From NCBI GenBank assembly GCA_964016885.1, contig OZ024743.1:33728001-33792000 (forward strand): a stretch of DNA of 64,000 nt. The letters are read 5' to 3'. Position 1 is the stretch's first letter; the number at the start of each line of letters is the position of its first letter. Both the position numbers and the translations under genes were made by a program. Under the pieces are notes generated by a model that searched no databases, was not told the origin of the DNA, and saw only the letters and a program-made list of their open reading frames with translations. Source of the stretch: Eledone cirrhosa (Eukaryota). Positions 27,598 to 40,232 of this stretch are shown here, piece after piece.

Positions 27598-28636
27598 TTA
27601 ATCCATGGAATAGTCTGTTGATGAAATGAATCAGTTTGGAACAGTGAGTGACTAGTCTGGTCCATTGAATTACAGATACAGTCAATCCAATGGGCTTCGA
27701 AACAGGTTCTGTCTGGGTCATCCCCAGACTAGGGTAAAAGGCACTTGACAAAATGCCATGATGTGGGATTGAATCCATGACCTTATGGTTGTAAAATGAA
27801 CTTCTCAAACATTCAACCATGCTGCATTGACATTGTAAATAAGACAATCATTCTAAATAAATAGAAAGTGGAAATGTGGCAGATACTGAGTGTCTGATAT
27901 GCAGCAGACAATATAAGCATCGTGTGATTTATGTTTGATTTATGTTTGATGAATATGTCAAGTGATTCCCCCATCCAGGTGAGGCAGAACTAAGTACAAT
28001 TTGTTTACCAATATCAAATTATCTTAACAAATTTGATATCAAACTGTCTGAAATCACTCCTGTTTCTATGAAAACTGTTTTAATTTGTTCTTATTTCTGT
28101 AAAAATCTTTCATTATAATTTTCTTTAAAAACATATAAGCTATGCTTCAAACACCAGCTTAAAAATGAAAAAGTTATTTGACTAAATTGCCCAGAATTCT
28201 TAATTATTTTCAAATGTAATTGAAAATCATAATCAATGCTTTTCATTAGAAGTATAGTAACAACTGGGTTAATAAAGTCAGTTTGCTAAGTGAGGGTATG
28301 AGATTCATTAAAAGGAAGGTATAAAGTAAAACAGACTGAAGCACAGTTTTATGCTGGAAATACTTTACCTATAATGAAGATCACAGGAGTAGAGTGGAAA
28401 CTGTGATTTTGAGTGACCTTAATGTCTTTCATTACCCTATTTCTAACAAATACACTAACTGTGATTTTCAAATAATTTAAAAAATAATCAGGAAGCAACT
28501 TTATTATTACTAAGCTGGTGTTTGAAACAAAACTTAGCAAAATTATCTTAAATAAAATCATGATGGAGGGTTTCAATTTACAAAGGACATTGCATCATAA
28601 AACCAAATGTGGTTTCAGGCAGTTTGGTCTCAAAAG

Positions 28637-28837
28637 AGCATTTGCATTACTCTATATTTACTATATTATTTTCATGGTAAACACTTTATCTAATATAATT
28701 ATATCACATAATATCGAATCTACGAGATTTTGATATACATTTTGAGAACAATACCGTAACATAACTATGAGTGACTGGTTATGGCTGGTTTGAACAGAAA
28801 AGGTGAGAGAATTCTGGCTAGTTATGGCTGGTTTAAA
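28637..28837 (+). mobile_element. piggyBac-type MITE family A with damaged ends, abutting a family B copy
   Basis: Internal consensus match that starts directly after the family B end TTTGGTCTCAAAAG. Confidence 0.7.
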
Positions 28838-29340
28838 TTAAAACTAAAACAGACTAATTGAGATTTTTAGATAATTTTATCTTTACTCATTATTTAATTG
28901 AAACACTCCCAGTGAAACCTTTATATTTGAAGCAACAATCTAACTAGAAATAATATTACATTTTTTTTATTAAAATCTCATGTATCTACAACTAGAAATG
29001 TCAAATATAATCAAACATTTAATTTTGATGCACATACCTACTGATTTACAATATAAATATTTAATTCAATCAAACTTTTGTATATTTCAATTAGTGTAAT
29101 TGTTTTACAGTTTAAACTTGCTTAGCTATTTGTTTTTACTTAAACATAACTTCTTTCAAATTCAGGCTTTCCTCAATCTGTAGCCTAAAAATAATTTCTA
29201 CTTCATGTCTTACTTTTTTCTTTTGTGTGTGTGTGTGTGTGTGTGTGCGCGTGCATAGTTATACAAGCATGGTGACACTAAAAGTAAATGTGGTGAGAAC
29301 TTGAAAGCCAAATTGATTGGAGATTGAAAAGACAATTTAA

Positions 29341-29548
29341 TCCTTTAGCATTTAAACCGGCCATATCCAGCCAGAAATTGCTCACCTCTTTCTGTTCAAT
29401 CTGACTGTAACCGGCCGCCCATACTGATGTTAAGGTATTGTTCTCAAAATAAATCACATCAAAATCTCATAGATTTGATATTATTATTATGTGAGGTAAA
29501 GCCTTGAAAATACAATAGTAAATATACAGTAATGTAAATGCTAAAGGG
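29341..29548 (-). mobile_element. piggyBac-type MITE family A
   Basis: TTAA|TCCTTTAGCATTTA...TAAATGCTAAAGGG|TTAA, with the internal sequence in reverse orientation. Confidence 0.85.
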
Positions 29549-29809
29549 TTAAAGTTGAGAAGACTCTTCTGACTGGCTGAGCATATTGCAAACTTTCTAA
29601 TGTTGGTGTCATGATAAAATGCACCCAGTACACTCAAACGAATGTTAGGGTTGGTGCCACAATAAATGCACTCAATTTACTCTGTGGTGCTGCTGTATCC
29701 AGCTATAGAAACCATGTTAAATATGATATGTATGTCAAGATGAAATTGCTCTGCCCCTCATGGAAAGTAGATATAAAATGAAGATATATATATATATATA
29801 TATATATAT

Positions 29810-30025
29810 CATCATCACCGTTTTACATCTGCTCTTCCACACTAGCATGGGTTAGACGGGTTGTCCCGTTGTGGGCAGTGTCCAGTCGGCTGACCTTGTC
29901 TTGCTCATACGGGAATTGATTCTGGCTTGATTTCTACAGCTGGATGCCCTTCCTAACACCAACCTCATTTACAGTGAGTGCTGGGTGCTTTTTTGGCGTG
30001 GCACCTCCACGACCACTTTGCAGTA
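29810..30025 (-). mobile_element. SINE family 2-related 3' part
   Basis: 29915-30025 is the reverse complement of about 19362-19472. (CAT)n tail at 29810. Confidence 0.8.
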
Positions 30026-30068
30026 GGAGGGGGTTGGGGCATATTGTCTATATGCTTCAGCTTCGGCT

Positions 30069-30117
<49 letters not shown>

Positions 30118-30186
30118 TCATCATCATTTTACATCCGCTTTTCCCTGCTTGCAAGAGTAGATATATACATATCAGAATTTCATTAA

Positions 30187-30247
<61 letters not shown>

Positions 30248-31447
30248 GGTGTTTAATGAAATTCTGACTACACATTTATTGTGGAAGTCTGTTAAATTGT
30301 ATTTCATATGAAGATTATTGTGGTTGTGTACAGATGAATTGGGATTGAAAATCATGTTACATATGATTACACATGAAAATCCAAACACAAACCAGCAATA
30401 TTAAACTTTCGGTAGTTAGATTTAGCAAATAAACTATATTTTAATGCATTGAACATGTTCATGAGTTAATGGTATGTGTGTGTATAGGTGTATAGTAAGA
30501 GGTTGCGGTCGCAGCCAAAGTGTATGATAAAATTATATCTATATAAATACAGGATGTGTAACTGAGACTACTCCAACATGTATATATACACATATCTAGT
30601 ATGTAGGCATGTAAACACGCCAGAAAATACTAAATCTTGTGTTGGACCAAGCCCACTCTCTGAACAATGGTGACAGTTATCCAAAAAGAAGAGGTCAGCA
30701 TCATTGGCTGTCTTTGAGTCACAGGTTTTACATCAATTTTCCTTCTCTCAGAATGATGTCCAAACAAGAACTAGGGGTTTCCCCAGTGGGCTAGCTGTAT
30801 GCTGCGGAACCAAACTATTTCCATGTTCCCATGCATACACACGCGCACAAAAAAAAAAAGCATTTTCATTCTCCCCAACATTTTTTTTCACAAACTATAT
30901 ATATATAGTGGAAGGGTACCATAATCTAAGTTTTTAGGGCTTCAAAAATATTTAATCTGGTCCTAGTTGAATATGAAATGATGTGGGTAGGTGGTATATT
31001 ATAGTTTAGCCCCATTTTTTTTTTCTCTTTTTGTTCATAAAAGACATAAATCCATATAAACTTTGTTACTCGATCAGTTCCTGTGTTAGAGGGTTAGGAA
31101 GGGTAATTTGGCTCATAACATGAGAAAGAAAACAAAATCTTTTGAAAGATGGAATTAGGATATAGCAGAGTTGAAATTTTTGGCTTAAGAATTATTTTAT
31201 TGAAGATCATCAGGGTCATTGAGTGGTCTGGTGAAATATAAAAGTAACATTAGTTGGGCGATTGATGTAGTTGTATTTAAAATGTGAAATAGGGTGATGT
31301 AGAGGATGCTATTTTGGGTAGCAAGGCAAATTATTGTGTTAAGGTGTCTGTGTGTAAATGGAGGAGTGGTGATGGCTTCAGACATATGGATTTTAATAAG
31401 AGAGCAAGAGAGAGAAAAACACATACATATACAGAAGTGAATACACA

Positions 31448-31640
31448 TAATTGTTTCTACTTTTGGCACAAGGCCAGCAATTATCCCAGTGTATTACTGG
31501 TACTTTATTTTATTGACCCTTATAAGGATGAAAGACAAAGTTAACCTCGGCGGGATTTAAACTCAGACCATAAAGGGCCGTAACTCTATGCTGCAAGGCA
31601 TGGTGTCCGACCCTCTACCGATAATGCGAATCCACCGCCC
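31448..31640 (-). mobile_element. Full-length SINE family 1 with 13-bp TSD
   Basis: AAGTGAATACACA at 31435-31447 and 31641-31653. Confidence 0.92.
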
Positions 31641-32281
31641 AAGTGAATACACAATATACATCTGTTAGTATCTATGTTGCTCATAATTTTTTGAAATACA
31701 TTTTTACTCTATAAACACATTAAGCATATTGAGTTCTCTTTCTAAAACGTAGTAAGTAGTGCACTTTACTTAATTTACACACACACATAAGAAAGGTTGT
31801 CAAATACATAAGTGGTTGTACAGTACTTAAAAACAAATGAAGCTGTGCTGTGTCACAGCTTCATTTGTGACCTTCGTATTTGACCCATGATTCTGTTACA
31901 TGATTCTGTTATTTTCCTTCTCTTTCAATAATTTGTGTGTGTGTATGCCTATGTGTTAAAAAAAATATTTAATTTCATTGCAACATTTGGTCAAAATGAA
32001 TTCTCTCTCTCTCTCTCTGCACACACACACACACATATACATATATTAATATTTTTTTAAATTTTAATAGATAAAAACATAAGTATAAACATAAATGTAA
32101 TTATTTCTTCCAACTAAATTCCTTAATAGTATATTAAAACACAACAATAATAAACATAGAGGCTGTAAAGTATTTTAATCCAACATTCCAATGACCCTAC
32201 CAATTTGGCACATTACAAATATTGAAATAAAATGAAAATTATCCCAAAATAAATGATAACATAAATTCTGTTATTTTACAG

Positions 32282-32464
32282 GATGTAAAAATGAAAAAAA
32301 TGGCTGAACTTCAACTGACAGTAGTGACTGACCCCAAGAGCCGAACAGCTATAGTGAAGCAGATCAACCAATGGGAAGAGAATCTCGAAAAATTGTTTAT
32401 AGAGCAGTATCGGTTACGTTGTTACATGGCATCACTTCAAGGATCAGAACTTCCCAATCCAAAG
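32282..32464 (+). CDS. sif: still life/TIAM1-like Rac GEF, internal exon (CC-Ex region)
   Basis: ttttacag acceptor and AAG|gtcagt donor. 183 nt encoding [61 protein letters not shown]. The QWEENLE and [16 protein letters not shown] motifs are characteristic of Sif/TIAM. Confidence 0.96.
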
Positions 32465-32832
32465 GTCAGTTTATTGAAAGAAAACATATCCTGGAAATTT
32501 ATCTACTTAAAGTTTGTATTGTCTTTAAAATAGTGTATACGAGATCACTCCTACTTTACTATTAATGTTCATTGATTTTCTTTATGTATTCTCCTCTCTC
32601 TCTCTTTCTGTCTGTCTGTGACACACATACATATATACACATACTATAAAGAAGAGAGACGGTTTTAATGTACATCTTTCTCTTTTCTTTATAATACTGA
32701 CACTCCTGTTTGATACCTTATTGATCATACAAGTTGTGGAGTACTTTATGGCTGTTTACAACTACAGTGAGTAGATTAATTGATTAACCAAAGTTTCTTT
32801 ACTTGAATAATATATATATATATATATATATA

Positions 32833-34184
32833 CTTGCTGGCCCGCCCGGCTAGGTATACCGGCATTTTATCTTTTCAGGAATCTTCCCTACACTCGAGTG
32901 CAAGAATGCCGCACGGCCTCTCAAGTCAGCGAGGGGGGGGGGGGGGGTTAACGTGCTCTGATGTTGGGTTTGAATAGTTTTTTAGGATTCCCCAGTTCAG
33001 CAGCCTGTACGTTAAAGAAAATTGATAGTTACAACAATGAAGGCTGAACAGAGAACAAATTTTTTAACAAACAATAATTTGTACATCCATAATGGAAATT
33101 CCAAGTAACAGAAAATATTTAAATTACATTGTTAGAACCTCAGAGTATATAATATTTTTTGTTCTGCCCTCCGGAGCAAAGATGAAGAGAATGTTTGGCG
33201 AGCTCATCCTAGAGCATCCTACATACAATTGACCATGGGAGAATCACTAATTTCGTAGCTCGTCTCGCGGAGAAGCTCTGTAGACGTTGATCTCTGGACA
33301 CTCCTGTCAGGAGCAGGTAAGCTGTAGTGACTTAGAGGTCTACCACCAATCTCCAGGACACTGTTTTCAAGACAAATGAGCACCTCATTGAAAACGACAT
33401 CGTATGCTATGTTTGGATTGTGTGTGCGTGTGCGGTGGGGGATGTCCTCAACTAGACTTCCACAGTGAGAGAGGGTCGGCAAGATCGCAGTTGTGCAGCA
33501 TAATAGCAAAAAGTTTTCGCAGCTGAGAAGGGAATTTAGCAGTTGCTGCTTCTTGCAGGGTGAGGTACCAATGGCTGTCATCGTGTAACATACCACACAT
33601 CTGGCAAGCCAAATGGTAAGTGGAACATTGATGGCCATTGATGGTTCTCAGATCTTGGAAAGACTGTGGTCCTCTAACCTCGAACAGTAACAATGATGAT
33701 AAGCTGTCTGTGCTTTCGTGAAATAAATAGGTTTTTGTTTTTGTGTATGCAAAAATATCTGTACACGATTATATATATTAAAATAACAGATTAAAGTTTA
33801 AGCAAAGAATCGCTGCTTTCACCCTTAACAGGATCTTCTGAAACTATAAAAATCCGTCTGTGAACGCAGAAGTAAATATTTCGAAAAACGTTATCTAATG
33901 CAGACAGCCAGAGATACAGCCTAAGAAAAAGAGTGGAATGTTGTGCGACATCATAAGAAAAAGTGAGGAATAACGTATAACCGGAAGTGTTGACATTTGA
34001 AATTTTAAAGAAGTGAATATTTAAATAATGTCTTTAATCTTTTAACAAAATTCAGTAGACAAAAATACCCACGCCTTTTTACTTGGAAAAAGTTACATCT
34101 ATGGTGCAAATTTGGTGTTGTTTGGTCCAGTCGTTTGGCGGAAAGTTTGTTACCTACATACGGCCGTCAGCTTTAAAGTATAGA
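32833..34184 (-). mobile_element. Internally deleted non-autonomous Helitron
   Basis: Minus strand starts TCTATACTTTAAAGCTG and ends with a CCGG..CCGG hairpin plus CAAG, inserted between A and T in (AT)n. It retains RepHel fragments VRGPQSFQDLRTING...LHDD..W...QLRKLFAIML..C....PLSLW (33693-33250) joined to the Pif1 C-terminus FSHGQLYVGCSR...TKNIIYSEVL (33243-33124). Confidence 0.88.
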
Positions 34185-34275
34185 TATATATATATTATAT
34201 GTACAGATTAAAGTTTAAGCCAAGAATTGCTGCTTTCACCCTTTTACAGAATCCTCTGAAACTATATATATAACA

Positions 34276-34855
34276 CTAGCCGAATTACCCATGCCTTGCT
34301 GCGTTTGATGATTGATATTAAATCAATGATATAATTTATGGAGAAAAACTCTGCATTTCAATATTACTCAATGTAAAATGTAATATATCAAATCAAAATT
34401 ACATTATTAAATCTTATTGTTATTTTGTTTCTTGTAAATAATTTTTTTCAAAACATCAATTCAAAACTTTTGTGAATAGGCATCATATCTTGTCATTTAC
34501 CTATGGTTTAAATTTCATATAAATCGAAGGGAAAACATTTTCAGCTGGGGTTTGTGCCCTCGGGGAACCCTTTGATTAAAATGAAATATCCAAGTACCCT
34601 GGGCAATGTAGTTTCAGAATATAGTTATGGGGGTCTATCTCCAAAACCATAGGAGGAATTCGTGAAATCTTGTTCCATTTATTGGCCAACATTTTCACTA
34701 TAGGGAGTTTAACCCCCATTAAGGTGTCTTAATATTATTGAAATTTGCTGAAATTTTGTGAATAGGCATCATATCTTGTCATTTACCTATGGTTTAAATT
34801 TCATATAAATCGAAGGGAAAACATTTTCAGCAAGGGAAAACATTTTTAACGCCCT
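34276..34855 (-). mobile_element. Probable second non-autonomous Helitron fragment with an internal 78-bp direct repeat
   Basis: Minus-strand 3' end ...GCAAGGCATGGGTAATTCGGCTAG|T. Identical 78-bp repeats at 34468-34545 and 34754-34831. No 5' TC end found. Confidence 0.55.
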
Positions 34856-34858
34856 CTC

Positions 34859-35059
34859 ATGATGTCCAGCAGAAGCAAGGGGGACAACCGTCTATGCATT
34901 TCAGGCTTAACTGGCCATCGTCAGGACGGTCCCTCCCACTGCTTGTGACTGCTGGACTATTACACAGACGAGAAAACTATATATTCTCGCCTATCTTTTA
35001 TGGCCAGTTAAGCCTGAAATGCATAGACGGTTGTCCCCCTTGCTTCTGCTGGACATCAT
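34859..35059. mobile_element. Head-to-head inverted repeat carrying a hammerhead; putative Penelope-like pLTR relic (family H1)
   Basis: Perfect ~59-bp inverted arms at 34859-34918 and 35000-35059. The left arm extends into a full hammerhead on the minus strand. Confidence 0.65.
34886..34931 (-). ncRNA. Minimal type I hammerhead ribozyme (Penelope-like element type)
   Basis: Minus strand reads GACCGUC-CUGACGA-UGGC CAGUUAA GCCU-GAAA-UGCA-UA/GACGGUU. This gives a 7-bp stem I, an intact core, stem II GGC/GCC, a 1-bp stem III closing the palindromic loop UGCA, and an AUA cleavage triplet. Confidence 0.8.
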
Positions 35060-36689
35060 CATCATCATCATCATCATCATCGTTTAACGTCCATCTTCCA
35101 CGCTTGCATGGGTTTGGATGCTCTTATATAACTAATTTTGCAAATAACACCTGATGACTAATTTATTGTTTCAGTTATCTTTCTAACAAGTATCAGAATG
35201 TATAGAGAGAATTCTTTGGTCATGTGGATGACATGACAACATCTCTAGGGCTGTTGCCATGATCATATGTAACACTATCATGTGATTGTGTTAGAATGGG
35301 CATCTAACCATATAAATTGTGCCCAAAATAGAATATATAGGTGAAACATGGTCCTCTAACCTACCTGGGAAGGCAGTAACTCAAAATAAGAACTGACTCA
35401 AGTGATAATCACTGTTCACCCATGCCTGCAGGGAAAGTGGACATAAAATGACAATGATGATGAGAGAAAAAAAGAAATCTTATTTCAGATTTTTTCAATA
35501 TCATTTTAGATTTAGTAAATTCAACAAAGTGACTATATTAGAAACAATTATTACTATTATTATTACAATTCTTACACCCTGTGGCCTATTATTTTAGGAT
35601 GTTAGATTCCTAAACATAAAGTTGTGTGTTCAATTCCTGGACAGCACAGCATGGTGGATTCTTAAGCAAGAGGCTTCATTTCACATCGGTCCAGTCCATA
35701 TAACTGAAAAAAAGAAAAAATAATTAGTACCACCAGCAGCTGGTGGATAACACTTGCAGTAGACATTACAACCCCTGAGACACCTCATTTATGGTGCAAC
35801 CATGTAAAAGGCCAGCTAAACCTGCACTGTTGTGAAATGTTTCCAAAATATTGAGTTGGCTTGTGCCTATATTAATAGCCCTATTATAATTGCTATGCTT
35901 GAGCTTTCACTTATTTTCTAACTTATGTATTTGTAGTAATTTCTCTAACTTTCTAAGATGTTGAGTGTATGTATCTTTTTGTTACTATATCACAATTAAA
36001 CAACCAATTTTCCACTTGAGACTTGCCAGATGCTACAAAAAATTAGCATTTTAAGCTGATAGGAATTACTTTAAACTCCAACTTCATGAAATAGAAATGT
36101 CTGTCTACCCATAAAGAAATGGCCTGTAAATTCTTTAAAGTCATTATATATGTATGAGTGTGTGTATGTGTGTGTACACATATGTACCCGTTTTCTTTTC
36201 TAAGCTTAGACATATTAGTCATTATTGAATTAATCTTTTTCCTTGCATTGAGTTTTCAACTGCCTCCCCACCACCACATCCTCCAAACCTTATATGGCTG
36301 ACATCCAAATCTATTTCTCAGTAACAGAAAAGTAACAGATAAACATTGTCTATGTTATATTTCTCAACCAGTTGTCAGGTATATTTATGTATTTTTACCT
36401 GCTGTACAGATTGAAATTCTTGACCTATCACTTTCCTAACCATTTACAAATGTCAATTATAGACAACATTTGTAATGATGATAGTGATACGAGTTTTTAT
36501 ATTAATAATAATGGTTTCTGATTTAGGCACAAGCCCAACAATTTTGTGATGGAGGGAGAGTCGATTGCAGTTTTGGCGGGCTTATTCGCGCCAGTCACTA
36601 ATCTGGTAATTTCTCAAATCCTCGAAGATTAGGCTTTTTTAAAGGCAGTCTTTGCTCACCTCGTCATAGCTGTGTCACTGGGTTGTGAG

Positions 36690-37500
36690 AGTTGTACAGC
36701 AGCAGCGATAGTAGTGCTTCTACACTAGTAGCAGTTTATGCCCCAGCTGGGATTGGAAGGTTTAATTTCTTCAAACATCTAAAGATTTTCCTCAGAACAT
36801 CTCACTCGTTAGTGTTAATGGACACCTAGGTTAGCATCCTTGGTGTATGTAAGGATTGCACAGGAGTAGCTGATAAAAGAGTTGGGTATAAAATTCTTGC
36901 AAACCTGTTCAGGTGTCAACAACTGTCTGTCAGAGAAAACCTCGATTTCCTGAATACATCAATATTGAAATGGAGAAACTAAAGTTGATCATCCGGATCA
37001 TCTTCGGAGTTTTCCTTATAATAATCATTAGGGATTTTGTGAGCTGTCCATAGTTTCAAGTAGCTGGCTACACTGACCACAAATACATGATATGCACAAT
37101 CAACTTAGACAAGACTAAAAAAGGGGGCCTTGATATGAGAATCTAAATGCATCTTTCCCAGCATGGAAAGATTTTTGGGATCAAGTTAGTGATGTAGTTA
37201 AGTGAAAATGTTCAGGTGTTGTTAATTATAAAAGACGAGTTTCACTAAAACAGATATTTGGACTTGAATATATCAGCTTTCGGGTAAATGGAGCAATAGA
37301 GAGCAGCAAATTAAAGAGAAGGGCTTAATCAATTATAAGAAGAGGCAAGCAGAAAACATCATATATGATATGCTTGCCACAAGAAAGGCCCTTCACTCCC
37401 TTAGTAGGTAATGTGGAGCATGTTTTGTTAATGCTTGGGTACATGATCTGAAAAACAAGTAGTAAATACTGTCAGATGGATGCAGGGTAGAAATAAAGAT
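36690..37500 (+). mobile_element. Decayed Tx1/L1-like LINE, APE endonuclease region
   Basis: Broken frames give TLVAVYAPAGIGRFNFF, FLRTSHSLVLM, GYTDHK and GP*YENLNAS, comparable to VYAP, GDxN, SDH and GPGYWKLNxS. Many stops and frameshifts; boundaries approximate. Confidence 0.55.
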
Positions 37501-38589
37501 GTATTTCAGTCTTTGGCAAACTTCAGCAGATACATGCTACCAATTTCTAAGTAGATGTATGTGACTTTCCAATCACACTCCACCAAATTGTGTACAAGAA
37601 GCAACGGACTGGAGATGCTGGACTCTGATTTTTACCCAGATAGTCTGCTGTGATTTGTGATTGAAGGGACAGAGTACTGCCAAAAAAAAAAAAAAAAGAA
37701 TTCAGCAGATAAAGTAGTAAATATGTAGTCTTAGAAGCTGTCTCTTGCAACTGACAGCAGACTGGGAACATTCCAAGTCATATGAACTGAGTGGTGATGT
37801 TGCTGAGAAAGGACTTAAAAAGTGGTGGGGCTGGGCATAATAGACAACTTCAGACACATTATTTTGTTGATTACAGAGTAAGAGATTTTGGCAAAGGTGC
37901 TTTCCAAGAGGTTGGCGCTTGTTCAAGCACCTCATGGGGAGAAAGGTAAGGGAGAGAAGGAAGTGCTGCTCTCCAGTAACTTTTAAGAAAGATTGGTGAT
38001 AGGCATGGAATGGTATGGTTAAATAGGCCCAAATGAACTATATGGCCGTAAGCTGAGAATAAGCACTGGGAGAAGGTATTTGCTTTTGGCCTATCAAATA
38101 GGCTGAGTGTAGATTCACTGAATTATGCTATAGGGTTTCTACTTCATCTTTATGAAACTTGTCTTCTGTTTTGTTCTTTACTGTTAGTTCTATTTATTAT
38201 TAACTATATATTAATATCCTCATTTCTATTGATGATCTCATACATTTGTTCAATGGAACTTCTCCAAATTGTTTCTTGTTTTCTCTGAAATTTGATTTTA
38301 TATGGTCCCTAAATTCTTGGACATTTGAAATCAATAAAACAAATTATTGTTTCTGTTATTGGGTTGGCTGAATCATTGGAATGTTGAACAAAATGTCTTG
38401 TTCTATATTTTTATTATGGTCTTTTATGTTCTGAGTTCATATCTGTCAGAACTCAACATTTAATTTCAACAATCTAGGAATGAACAAAATAAAGCCCCTT
38501 TCAAGTACTGAGGTTGATATGATCAACTATCCTTTCCCTCCAAAACTGCTGTCCTTGTGCCTAAATTAGAAATCATCATTATTGTGATG

Positions 38590-38760
38590 TAGAGCATCAG
38601 ACACCATGCTTTGCAGCATTGAGTTATGGCCTTTTGCATTCTCAGTTCAAATCCTGCCGAGGTTAACTTTGCCTTTCATCCTTAAGTGGTTTATAAAATA
38701 AAGCACCAGTAATATACTAGGGTAATTGCTGCCCTTGTGCCAAAAGTAGAAACAACAATT
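38590..38760 (+). mobile_element. tRNA-derived SINE family 1 (slightly 5'-truncated)
   Basis: Consensus match flanked by ATTATTGTGATG-like repeats. Confidence 0.82.
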
Positions 38761-39071
38761 ATTATTGTGATGATAAATAGTATTAAATAATTTGTGAAAT
38801 TTCAAACTAGACTTTAGTTTCTGTTCTGTTTGACATTTTACCACACATTTATTTATACAGATTGATCTTTGATCTTATTTGCTTGAATACCAAATGCTGG
38901 GAAAAGTACATTTCCTGTGATGGGAAATAAATTCACAATAAAAAAAAATCAATAAACATCATAGTCACGTAGCTATTTCAGTTTTTCTTTGTGATTTCTT
39001 GTAAACAATTGAAAAAGTGAAATTTATTATATAATGCTTTTCTTTTTTTCTTTTATTATTTGTTTTGATAG

Positions 39072-39325
39072 AGTCTGCTAGCAAATGTGTCCAAATCAAC
39101 AAAGGGAATACTGGGCCGACTTGGCATCTTCACCGTGACATCATTCCACGCTCTGGTCTGTGCTCGTTCTCCACCAACCATGACTGCCATGCAAGGGAAG
39201 ACTCTGCCTGCAAAAAAATCAACTCCTTATGTTCCTAAGAGCAACGAACCACAAGGAGGAACATTGGGAAGACATCCACATCAAATGGCCAATCAAATGC
39301 CACTTGCCCCACCTAGTCACGTTGA
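39072..39325 (+). CDS. sif: still life/TIAM1-like Rac GEF, internal exon (Ex region and linker)
   Basis: ttttgatag acceptor. SLLANVSKSTKGILGRLGIFTVTSFHALVCARS... continues the conserved PNPK-SLL...LG.FTV.SFHA..CAR motif. The donor GA|gttagt at 39326 was chosen because it keeps frame with the next exon. Confidence 0.88.
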
Positions 39326-40093
39326 GTTAGTAAAAGCATTTTCATTTCTTCAATTGTATACACATTAACTCTCCTTTTGTCGGCATCACACCAAAACCTC
39401 AAAATTGGTCTCTTTAAGGAGAGCAATTTCATCTTTGATCTTCTGATTTATAATTTCATTAGGAGTCTGGTTCTTTTTTTGCTGTTATATCAATTTTTCT
39501 ATGTGTGTATGGGTGGGAGTGGCTTATCTATGTGAGCAATTGATTTTACAATTAGTCAGTGTGTGTTGAAGACCATTTTCATGGCTTCAGAGAGGAAATG
39601 AGGAAGGTAACCTCAGATCAATGACTGGGCCTGAATACTTGCAAATGAGTGGGCTCCACTAACAGCACCCAAGTACCAGGTGATGGTGTTAATCCAGACA
39701 ACAAATTAAGTCTATGATCCATTATTAAGTCTACCTCAAATGTATACTTCCAGATGTTGATGATCAGAGAACAAAACTGATTGTCATATAGTGTAGACAT
39801 AGATATTGTAAATATATGCTCTAAATATGAGGTTAATAGCTGAACAAAATATAATTTGTTGACAGTAGTAAGAATTGAACTTATGAACATATACTTAATG
39901 GTACAATACCTTAAACTCACTGCCAATGTACCTCTTTCAACTTGTAAATTTAATACTATATTCAGATTTGGGCAGTAACAATTTTAAATTAGTCATTATA
40001 TTATTTAAAAATCTAAAGCTTTCTTACTTCTTAAGTGTACTATCATATTTAAAAACACCCTGAATGTTTTATTTGCTTTTTGTATTTTCTTAG

Positions 40094-40232
40094 AAAACAT
40101 TTACACAAAGATTTTGAAAAAGAGCAACGAGAAGGTAGACAAACTCCTGATCAACTTCCAAGTCATCGTTCTGATACCCCAGACAGTAGCGCTAAAGAAG
40201 GACTGTCAAAAATCTCCTTACCACACAACCAG
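40094..40232 (+). CDS. sif: still life/TIAM1-like Rac GEF, internal exon (linker, probable start of Raf-like RBD)
   Basis: ttttcttag acceptor and CAG|gtaatg donor. Open frame (E)KHLHKDFEKEQREGRQTPDQLPSHRSDTPDSSAKEGLSKISLPHNQ. The terminal ISLPHNQ resembles the LPNNQ start of the TIAM RBD. Confidence 0.8.

Noticed and set aside
31833-31868. 15-bp perfect hairpin ACAAATGAAGCTGTG/CACAGCTTCATTTGT
   Set aside because: Too short for a pre-miRNA call and lacks a ribozyme core. Probably part of a small decayed element.
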